Shown here: one piece after another, positions 9,669 through 17,621 of the stretch
How positions within the stretch are numbered: position 1 is the stretch's first letter
Layout of the letters: each line of letters opens with the position of its first letter
Source of the DNA: an uncultured candidatus Porisulfidus sp.
Lineage (GTDB): Bacteria; Pseudomonadota; Gammaproteobacteria; Poriferisulfidales; Oxydemutatoraceae
DNA: 64,000 nt
Direction of reading: 5' to 3'
NCBI GenBank assembly: GCA_965215125.1
Contig: OZ244052.1
Location: forward strand, 608,001 to 672,000
Position numbers and translations under genes: made by a program
The notes under the pieces: generated by a model
Told to the model about the DNA's origin: nothing
The model's database searches: none
What the model saw: only the letters and a program-made list of their open reading frames with translations

Positions 9669-10796
9669 ATGGATAAAAAATATCTGACGACACAACCTAA
9701 TTATCCAAAAGGTAAAGAAAGAGATAAAATAGAAGGACTAGACGGCCAGATCAGGAATTTGAGTTCTCTCTGGGGCAAAGCACTGACATTAAAAAGAATA
9801 CCGCTCATCACCAATCATCCTCCAAACACCATGACACATAATTTGGGAAAATCACTGGACAATTTTACATGGTTAAGATATTTAGATCTAGATAAAACAG
9901 AAGCCTATAAGTTAAGAAAAGATGGAACCATAAAAAAGGAAAAGTCTCGGTTAAATTATGTTTTAAGGTCTGATTTTAATATAGAGTCTTATCCACAAAA
10001 TCAAATACACACGGTTGATTTAGACAAACTCTACGATAGAGATAACGAAAAATATAAAGTGTTACAGCTACCTTCTATAGGATTCCCAACACCACCCTAC
10101 TATATAAGATTTATCGCTTCACAAGCTGTGAACGATTTAACCGATAGTGTCCTCGCCCGTTTCGGCACCGGCAGATCTACTATGCAGGATGCTCAAGAAT
10201 TGCTTTATAATCGTTGCTCCACGGTAAACTTGTTTGAGAAAATTAAGCATGAAAAATTCTTTTATTCGTGTCTGCATATACGTGCCAACGATGCGCTTTT
10301 CTCTAATTATCGTTTTTTTCATGCTGCCTTAGCTAGTAATATCAAAAGACTAGTGCACCGGGCATGTCCACACGGCACGAAGCTCTACATTATGTCGGAC
10401 ATACATGATGCCGAGTATTTCGATTTTCTGAGAAATAGATACGATGTTTATACATATCGCGATTTCCCTGAACTTAAGTGCTTAATCGACAACGCAAGTC
10501 ATACCGCAGATAATCACCTACTATACGCAGTTGAAAAAAATATCATGGATCATGCTTTGGTGAAGTTAGTGGCTCACCGAAGAAGCCTTTATCATTTCCA
10601 ATCGGATTTCATATATAGTACTCCGCGAACTATCCGGTATATTTATGAGTATATAAAACGACATAGCAAGGGCGATACCATGAAAGCCTACACTATGATG
10701 GCAAACCATACGAGCATAAAAATGATGTTGCTTTCGATCCCATACAAGGGGCTAATGAAAAAAATATGGCATAAGTTTGCGACGAAGCCGGTGTAA
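9669..10796 (+). CDS. O-fucosyltransferase-like (GT-B) protein, copy 2
   Basis: Paralog of 7820..8950 with clustered substitutions. Confidence 0.55.
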   Translation: MDKKYLTTQPNYPKGKERDKIEGLDGQIRNLSSLWGKALTLKRIPLITNHPPNTMTHNLGKSLDNFTWLRYLDLDKTEAYKLRKDGTIKKEKSRLNYVLRSDFNIESYPQNQIHTVDLDKLYDRDNEKYKVLQLPSIGFPTPPYYIRFIASQAVNDLTDSVLARFGTGRSTMQDAQELLYNRCSTVNLFEKIKHEKFFYSCLHIRANDALFSNYRFFHAALASNIKRLVHRACPHGTKLYIMSDIHDAEYFDFLRNRYDVYTYRDFPELKCLIDNASHTADNHLLYAVEKNIMDHALVKLVAHRRSLYHFQSDFIYSTPRTIRYIYEYIKRHSKGDTMKAYTMMANHTSIKMMLLSIPYKGLMKKIWHKFATKPV

Positions 10797-11750
10797 ATTC
10801 CAATAGCGGGGCGGTTCGGACACAGTCGTATAGAAAAGTTGATTGGCACCGGGTGGATATATTTTTACCACGGCGCAGTCAAATAGGTCTTTTTCTATGG
10901 AATATAGTAAGTAATTGTTTGAGGCAATAGCATTGAGTTCAGGAAAATCATGATAGGTGTAGATTTTGAGTTCATGTCCTTTGCATCGGTAAAGTCCAGG
11001 AAAACGAAGATCTCTATTCTTCGATATTAAATAAATATCCCTGAATGATTTATTGAGTCTTATAGCGTGGCTGAAAATATGGTTAACTATGCTTAAAATT
11101 TTCTTAGATTTGCCGGCATATATAGAAAACTGTTTGTCGTATAGATTTAAGCAAGCGTAGGGAACCAAATTATAATTGTTATGTAAATAGTGGGTTTTTT
11201 GGCTTTTGTATAGCAAATTCTGAGTATCAAATAAACTTTGTCTGTTGGTCTTGAAATGTTCTAATATCTTGTTCGTCAAACAGTTAACTTTTTCCGAAGG
11301 AATTGTCTTTACATAATAGTGGGGTTTAGAGAGAGTGTGACTTCTCTTATTGTTAGTTAAAGATAAAGCCTTATGTTCGCTATTATTGTTTTTATAAAGT
11401 TGCTCTATATCGACAAGCGGTATTGAAGGTTGACCGGATAATTGCAATTCGGCATCGGCTTCGGAAATCCAGTTCAAAGAAGCGGCTTGTTGTTTAATCA
11501 TCCCATCTGCTTCAACTTTGTATATTTTTGTATTCGTCAAAGCCAGGTAATCTTCTAAACGAAAATCCGGAGAATTTTGCAACTTGTCACGCTGGTTTCT
11601 CCATGAAGTCGGAATCACCGGAACTCTATTTACATCGAGTGCGACACAAATAAAATCTTCTAATACATCAAGCCAATAATCTAAACCTTTATCATTGGGT
11701 TTAGGCCAGTTTTTATAAAATAGATATTTTGTTTCGTTTCGTGAAAGCAT
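10752..11750 (-). CDS. Divergent third paralog of the O-fucosyltransferase-like family
   Basis: Collinear motifs with copies 1/2 (GLD, R.PVIP, YK...DG.IK, YY.....S..VN.LT, YACL, YTY.DFPEL, N.LLY..EK). Probable ATG at 11750. Confidence 0.6.
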   Translation of the reverse strand: MLSRNETKYLFYKNWPKPNDKGLDYWLDVLEDFICVALDVNRVPVIPTSWRNQRDKLQNSPDFRLEDYLALTNTKIYKVEADGMIKQQAASLNWISEADAELQLSGQPSIPLVDIEQLYKNNNSEHKALSLTNNKRSHTLSKPHYYVKTIPSEKVNCLTNKILEHFKTNRQSLFDTQNLLYKSQKTHYLHNNYNLVPYACLNLYDKQFSIYAGKSKKILSIVNHIFSHAIRLNKSFRDIYLISKNRDLRFPGLYRCKGHELKIYTYHDFPELNAIASNNYLLYSIEKDLFDCAVVKIYPPGANQLFYTTVSEPPRYWNLHRLRRKLMPYFFH

Positions 11751-11830
11751 CTTGAATCTTGTGTCTGTCGGTAAGCTATATAGTATATATCGTATCAACA
11801 ATCCATAACTTGGTATCGAAACAATTTTCT

Positions 11831-12727
11831 CTAGTAATGCTCCTTAAGATCCCAACCGTATCCCGAGAAAAAATCGTATTTTTTAATCAACGAGTCTACC
11901 TCTATTTTTTGATCTTCTGTCCAGTCAAGTTCAAGGCGGCTTCTATAAGGTTCTCTAACTACTTGAGAAACACAATCTTCTAGATAGCCCGAGGGAATAG
12001 AAACTTGTAAAAATTCACAGAGTTTGGTTAATTGTCGCTGCGGATTCTCAACCATATCCTCATGCTTGGCTATAAACACCTCTGCGGCATTAACTTGTTT
12101 AAGGATTTTTATATTACCCTCACAAAAATTTATAAATTTTTTTCTGTCGTCGGCATTGGTTCTTACAGCCGTCGCAATCATATCGTATGGATTACGAACC
12201 GTAAAAATAAACTTTAAGATGATGCCCGTTTTTTGCAACTTTTGCTTAAGATTTTCTAATATCTTTCCTTTTGATAAAACTTCCACATTTTGTCTAGAAT
12301 GTTTTATTCCTATAACTTTTAGCGACTTAAAAGAGCCCTGGTATTGATTAGGAACATGTATATAGCGTTCGTATCGCTTCCCCCTAAGAATAACTGCATT
12401 TGTCTCGTTTGGTTGCGATGAGTACTGACTTCGTGTGTAATCTACACTTAAAATATAGTCAAACATTTTTAATATGTCGGCTTTATAAAGAATATCTTTA
12501 TCGGGACGCTTTCTTTTATTTATTTCTTTAAGAATTCCGATATATTGCATGGGTGCATAGCTAACAGTAGGTTCATCTGCAATAACTATATCAGGATGTG
12601 CCGTTAGTAAATAACTGAGTAGCGACGATCCCGACCGAGGAAAACCTATGGTGAGCACCATGATCCGTATACGGTCAAAAGAGCTTTTTTCAAAGTGCTT
12701 TTTATCCGATGTAGAGGAATCACGCAT
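11831..12727 (-). CDS. Sulfotransferase family protein
   Basis: 5'-PSB GFPRSGSSLL...L.AHP, 3'-PB VRNPYD, HEDMVENP...L.KLCEFL. Confidence 0.8.
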   Translation of the reverse strand: MRDSSTSDKKHFEKSSFDRIRIMVLTIGFPRSGSSLLSYLLTAHPDIVIADEPTVSYAPMQYIGILKEINKRKRPDKDILYKADILKMFDYILSVDYTRSQYSSQPNETNAVILRGKRYERYIHVPNQYQGSFKSLKVIGIKHSRQNVEVLSKGKILENLKQKLQKTGIILKFIFTVRNPYDMIATAVRTNADDRKKFINFCEGNIKILKQVNAAEVFIAKHEDMVENPQRQLTKLCEFLQVSIPSGYLEDCVSQVVREPYRSRLELDWTEDQKIEVDSLIKKYDFFSGYGWDLKEHY

Positions 12728-12836
12728 AAAATGAAAATAATGCCGCTTACTTATGCTTTAGGTATTTATTCATTGCCAAAATAGCCTTTTGTGAGTCGGT
12801 GAGCACAGCCGAAATGACACTCATATAACACAATGT

Positions 12837-13640
12837 TTAACCGGCAGGCTGTGCGATACTTTGCGGGTCCAACCGGCGTTCAAACCAGTTGATACGCCAA
12901 TCTAGATGCGGTCCTGTGACACGGCCGGTCGCACCAACTTCGGCAATAATTTGTCCTTGTTCAACGCGTTCGTTCAGCGCAACATTAACTTTACTCAGGT
13001 GCAGAAAAGTTGAAGAGAGTCCGTAGCCGTGATCTATAACCATCGTGATTCCGGAAAAATACATATCTGCTATCATTCTCACAACACCGCCGGCCGGTGC
13101 TTGTATCTCGGTACCTTCGGGGCAGGCAATATCTACTCCGTAATGCGGGCTACGCGGTTGTCCGTTCAATATACGGCGACTACCGTAGACTCCGGTGATG
13201 ATGCCTTCAACCGGCCAAACGAACTCGTCAAAGGCATCTAAATTAGGAGAACTAATATCCCGTATTTTAACAATCATCCCGACTTCCTTGGCAATACGCT
13301 CGTAGACTTCGGGCGGAGGACTAACCTTGTTAGGGTCTAAACCGTCTATACGTTGAACCTCGTAGCTACGACTGGCAATTTTCAGGTTTTCTTCTATACG
13401 CCGACCGTCGGGCGTATGAACGACAAGACGAGCATGTTCGGGCGCATCCGATGTCAAACCGAATATAAAATCACCGTTCTCCGATATTTGCAATAATCGC
13501 CCGTCTAAATAAACTTTAGAGCCTGCTGTTGTTCGGGCACGTACAACACCCCCTTGTATTAATTGACCACGGAATTCAAGCGACGGAACTTCAGCCGCTG
13601 CCGTACCGATAAATAAAACAAAAAACAGAACGGTATTCAA
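12837..13640 (-). CDS. M23 family metallopeptidase
   Basis: HYGVD, DHGYGLSSTFLHLS, GATGRVTGPHLDW. Confidence 0.9.
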   Translation of the reverse strand: MNTVLFFVLFIGTAAAEVPSLEFRGQLIQGGVVRARTTAGSKVYLDGRLLQISENGDFIFGLTSDAPEHARLVVHTPDGRRIEENLKIASRSYEVQRIDGLDPNKVSPPPEVYERIAKEVGMIVKIRDISSPNLDAFDEFVWPVEGIITGVYGSRRILNGQPRSPHYGVDIACPEGTEIQAPAGGVVRMIADMYFSGITMVIDHGYGLSSTFLHLSKVNVALNERVEQGQIIAEVGATGRVTGPHLDWRINWFERRLDPQSIAQPAG

Positions 13641-13651
13641 AAACTATATCC

Positions 13652-14488
13652 TCATCCGCTATCGGGCGCGCCGCTGTCAGACTTTAGATACAAACGTTTG
13701 GCTTGTAGTTTCTCGTCGTCGGGTAGCTTTGGGGCATAGTTAAAAATTGCTTTTTCCCAATGTCCGTATCGAGGGTTGCTAAGCAATATCCATTTAGTGC
13801 CCCAATATTCCTTGTAAGGTTCTACCTCGGCTACACGTGCCTCTGCAGAAGGAGAATTCGCCAGAAATCTGAAGTCGTTGTAATCGTCTCCGAACATCAT
13901 AATAATTCGATGTGTTTCTGCTATCGCCGCTCTACGACTACTTTTATCACTGCCCCATTCAGCCTGCTCTCCTTTGCATAATATCTGATCGGCTTGTACC
14001 TCGGAATCCACCATCATCCTGATATTCTTGACGGTAGCTTCTTCTAAAGCCGCGTCTCTATTCGTAACATAGAGCACGGCGATACCTTTAGACTTGATTT
14101 CCGAAATCAACTCTTTGACCCCTTTTATAGGCTTTGCTCTCGCCGCATTAGCCCAAACTTTCCAAGTATCATAATGATATACCTGACCGCTTGTGATTAG
14201 ATATGCTTCATACGGGCTATTATCCAATACTGTTTCGTCAATATCAAAAATTACCGCCGGTGGTAAGTTCCGATAACCTTCACGTTGCTCTAGGGCAGCA
14301 GTCCAATTTTTATTCTGCAAGGCTCTGTCTAAATTCATACGCGCTGCATTGAATGCTTGATTAGTTGCGGCAACGTACTCCGCCGACGATTGCATCCACA
14401 AAGTACTATTCAAACCTCCGTAATCCATATTGCGTGAGTCACAACCGAAAATCGGCAAAATTAAAAATAAAATGGTTATCTTTTTCAT
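13652..14488 (-). CDS. Class C acid phosphatase / 5'-nucleotidase lipoprotein, e(P4) family
   Basis: Lipobox (IFGC), DIDETVLDNSPY, YVTNR, GDDYNDF, NPRYGHW. Confidence 0.88.
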   Translation of the reverse strand: MKKITILFLILPIFGCDSRNMDYGGLNSTLWMQSSAEYVAATNQAFNAARMNLDRALQNKNWTAALEQREGYRNLPPAVIFDIDETVLDNSPYEAYLITSGQVYHYDTWKVWANAARAKPIKGVKELISEIKSKGIAVLYVTNRDAALEEATVKNIRMMVDSEVQADQILCKGEQAEWGSDKSSRRAAIAETHRIIMMFGDDYNDFRFLANSPSAEARVAEVEPYKEYWGTKWILLSNPRYGHWEKAIFNYAPKLPDDEKLQAKRLYLKSDSGAPDSG

Positions 14489-14588
14489 AATAAGTCCCTC
14501 CTCCCTAAAATAACAATGCATAGTCAAATTGACTTTACACACTATTATACAACTACTAAGAGTAGAGATGCGACCCATTCCCACGGAT

Positions 14589-14660
14589 CATTTCTCTCCT
14601 CTGAAGGGGAACGACCACCCCGTCAGGCGTAGCCTGCCACCCCTCCACAGGAGGGGAATG
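14589..14660 (+). repeat. REP-like repeat family B
   Basis: ACCACCCCGTCAGGCGTAGCCTGCCACCCCTCCACAGGAGGGGAATG (14614-14660), also at 28811-28857 and partly at 3583-3608. Contains two short hairpins. Confidence 0.8.
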
Positions 14661-14678
14661 ATCGGCCCCTACGGGTGG

Positions 14679-15254
14679 TTATCGTAGTTCTACCGGACTC
14701 CACCAGTTCGGGCTGGACAATTCCACTGCTTCCATGCCTGTTAATTTGTTTGATAACTCTAGGCCAGCCACACCCGGTTCGGTCTCCAAGAGATAGGCGT
14801 TCTTAGTGAAATCCATCTTAGATATTTGATTAAGATCCATCCCGGCAAAGAAAGCATCTATATCCGCTTGTTTCATCTCGGGTGATAAAACGACGAGCAC
14901 ACCTCCCGGCAAAGCTTTCCATGCACCGTTCTCGGTGACTAAGACCGGGAATACATTGTCGCCCATTTGATGCCAACTCTGCTTCTTGACCACCCTCAAC
15001 TCACCGTTATCGGCAAGCACATCCTCCGATTTTATCGCCGACGGTTGTTCGGATTGCTCTTCGGCATCGTAGCGTTCCATTACTAGATTTTCGGCTTCCC
15101 ATAAGGAGATTATGTAATCTCCGTCTTGCCAACTATACACTTTACCGTCTTTGTCGGGAAGCACACGAAATCTTTCGCTATCTTGCGCCATAACCGGCAA
15201 CATACTCAAGCCGATAACAATCGTAGCTAAAACTAAAATATCTTTATGTTTCAT
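14679..15254 (-). CDS. Exported hypothetical protein, C-terminus resembling a serine-protease propeptide/external chaperone domain
   Basis: Signal peptide after GAGGT RBS; FPVL...ALPGGVLV...LELSN.L....V....PNWW. Confidence 0.5.
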   Translation of the reverse strand: MKHKDILVLATIVIGLSMLPVMAQDSERFRVLPDKDGKVYSWQDGDYIISLWEAENLVMERYDAEEQSEQPSAIKSEDVLADNGELRVVKKQSWHQMGDNVFPVLVTENGAWKALPGGVLVVLSPEMKQADIDAFFAGMDLNQISKMDFTKNAYLLETEPGVAGLELSNKLTGMEAVELSSPNWWSPVELR

Positions 15255-15290
15255 GACCACCTCAATAATTGAGTCCGATTTCAAGGCACT

Positions 15291-15677
15291 TTATTTATCG
15301 TATTTGATATAAGCAAAGCGAGCATCCGATGGGGTACCGGTTAAGGAACTCTCTTCTTCACCGGGCTGCCATTGTATAACTTCTTCTATTTTCTTAGCTA
15401 GCTCAAAGTCTTTATTCGTCACACCTTTGGCGGCGTGGTTCATCAGCTTAACAATAACAAAAGCATAAGAAACGGTTAAGTCGGGATGATGAAAAGCTGC
15501 CTCCGATAAATGCCCGACGGTATTGACTACCATCAGGGTGCTCTTCCAGCTATGGGTACGATATTTACGGCGAATCCAACCGTTTTCATAATACCAGTGC
15601 GGCAGTTCCTCTTTGAGGCGTGCTTCTATGTCCGCCTCACTATATGCCTCTTCGTCTTCGTGTTGTCTCCAACTCAT
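15291..15677 (-). CDS. Pterin-4-alpha-carbinolamine dehydratase family protein
   Basis: LP.W......I.R.Y, HHPDL.VSY, H...GVT.KDFELA. Start re-set to ATG 15677 (GGAG RBS). Confidence 0.88.
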   Translation of the reverse strand: MSWRQHEDEEAYSEADIEARLKEELPHWYYENGWIRRKYRTHSWKSTLMVVNTVGHLSEAAFHHPDLTVSYAFVIVKLMNHAAKGVTNKDFELAKKIEEVIQWQPGEEESSLTGTPSDARFAYIKYDK

Positions 15678-15909
15678 AATAATCTCCGTTAATTTGGTTA
15701 AACATAAACCATTGTAATACAATATCCGAACTATCGGGGGTGTCACGAATATAAATTTTTCGCATTAAAATTTCCACCCGATGCCACATAGTTTATACCG
15801 ACAATGGTTATGGTTTGTAGTACAATGACTTAAATCTTAATGAACACCACAGATTGAAAATGACTCTCTTTCAATGCAAAACTACATTTAATATGCTCTA
15901 CAAAGTGCA

Positions 15910-17607
15910 ATGACGGAAACGATAATCAAACTAAAGCAGAGCAAACGTCTCAAACGCAAGCGAGGCCAACCTAAAGGCAGACAGGTCTCGGATGTCGCTC
16001 TGTCGGAAATCAGAGATTTGTTGGGATATCGTTCCAGACGTCGCGATCTTCTGCTCGAACACTTGCATTTAATACAAGACCGCTACGGTCATATCGCTTT
16101 CGATCATTGTGTCGCACTCGCACACGAAATGAAAATATCTACATCGGAAGTCTACGAAGTTGCCACCTTTTATCATCATTTTGATTTGGTGAGCGACGAA
16201 CAAACACCGCCGCCGCCATTAACCGTTAGAGTATGCGATTCTATTAGCTGTCAAATGGACGGTTGCGAGGCATTGATAGAGGCATTAGAGAAAAACTTGA
16301 ATGCCGACGAAGTCAGAATACAACGCGTGCCTTGCGTCGGTCGTTGTGAGCAAGCACCGGTCGCGGTAGTCGGTACAAATCCCATTGCAACGGCAACACC
16401 GAAGACTATATCGGCGGCGATACAACAAAAATCAACCAAGGCACCCACCATCACAACGCATATAAGTTATGCGGCATACAAGCAAAAAGGCGGTTATCAA
16501 CTACTCAAGGCTCTGCACGACGGCACACGCAACACCGAGTCGGTGATACAAGCCTTAGACGACTCGGGATTACGCGGTTTAGGCGGTGCCGGCTTCCCGA
16601 GCGGGCGCAAATGGCGTATCGTCAAAGAACAACCGGCACCGCGTTATCTAGCGATCAATATAGACGAAGGTGAACCCGGCACATTCAAGGACCGATACTA
16701 CTTAGAAATAGACCCCCACCGTTTTTTCGAAGGGATGCTGATTGCATCATTCGTCGTAGAACTAGAAGCGATTTATATTTATTTGCGAGACGAGTACGCC
16801 GGGGTGCGCGAGATGTTGACCGAAGAACTGGAATTATTGCAAAAAGAATCCGAATTACCGTTGCCGTCCATAGAACTTCGACGCGCCGCAGGGGCTTATA
16901 TCTGCGGCGAGGAATCGGCAATGATAGAGTCCATAGAAGGCAAGCGCGGGATGCCTCGTTTGCGCCCTCCGTTCATCGCCCAAGTCGGTTTGTTCGGTAG
17001 ACCGACCTTGGAACATAATATGGAAACCTTGTATTGGGTGCGAGAAATCGTAGAAAAAGGCGGCGAATGGTTTGCTTCAAGTGGACGAAACGGGCGCAAA
17101 GGTTTACGCTCGTTCTCGGTGAGCGGGCGCGTCAACAAACCGGGTGTACATCTCGCACCGGCCGGCATCACCGTAAAAGAATTGATTGACGAATTCTGCG
17201 GCGGCATGCAAGAAGGACATGCATTCTACGGTTATTTTCCGGGCGGTGCTTCGGGCGGTATTTTGCCGGCATCGATGGGAGATATCCCGTTGGATTTCGA
17301 CACCTTGAACGAATACGGTTGTTTTATCGGATCGGCAGCGATAGTCGTGCTTTCGGATCAGGATGGGGCGCGTACGAGCGCACTCAATGCGATGCGTTTT
17401 TTCTCGCACGAATCGTGCGGTAAATGCACACCGTGTCGGGTCGGAACCTCTAAGGCGGTGATGCTGATGGAGAAAGAAAAATGGGATGTACCTTTGATGA
17501 ACGAACTGAGCAAGGTGATGGCGGATGCATCTATCTGCGGATTAGGTCAAGCCGCACCCAATCCTTTACAATGTATTATTAAGTACTTCCCATCGGAAAT
17601 AGAGTAA
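15910..17607 (+). CDS. NAD-dependent formate dehydrogenase beta subunit (NuoE+NuoF-like fusion)
   Basis: VATFYHHF, CDSISC/CVGRC 2Fe-2S, GLRGLGGAGFP, DEGEPGTFKDR, YICGEESA, ESCGKCTPCRVG. Confidence 0.92.
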   Translation: MTETIIKLKQSKRLKRKRGQPKGRQVSDVALSEIRDLLGYRSRRRDLLLEHLHLIQDRYGHIAFDHCVALAHEMKISTSEVYEVATFYHHFDLVSDEQTPPPPLTVRVCDSISCQMDGCEALIEALEKNLNADEVRIQRVPCVGRCEQAPVAVVGTNPIATATPKTISAAIQQKSTKAPTITTHISYAAYKQKGGYQLLKALHDGTRNTESVIQALDDSGLRGLGGAGFPSGRKWRIVKEQPAPRYLAINIDEGEPGTFKDRYYLEIDPHRFFEGMLIASFVVELEAIYIYLRDEYAGVREMLTEELELLQKESELPLPSIELRRAAGAYICGEESAMIESIEGKRGMPRLRPPFIAQVGLFGRPTLEHNMETLYWVREIVEKGGEWFASSGRNGRKGLRSFSVSGRVNKPGVHLAPAGITVKELIDEFCGGMQEGHAFYGYFPGGASGGILPASMGDIPLDFDTLNEYGCFIGSAAIVVLSDQDGARTSALNAMRFFSHESCGKCTPCRVGTSKAVMLMEKEKWDVPLMNELSKVMADASICGLGQAAPNPLQCIIKYFPSEIE

Positions 17608-17621
17608 CTACGGAGAATATT

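Larger units (their letters stand above)
7140..10811 (+). repeat. Tandem segmental duplication (~1.83-kb units 7140-8965 and 8989-10811)
   Basis: Near-identical DNA at an offset of ~1849 bp covering the DegT 3' end, HIT gene and glycosyltransferase-like gene. Confidence 0.95.

Noticed and set aside
7820-10796. Diversity-generating retroelement TR/VR pair
   Set aside because: Differences are not adenine-specific, they include an indel, and no reverse transcriptase is in the window.
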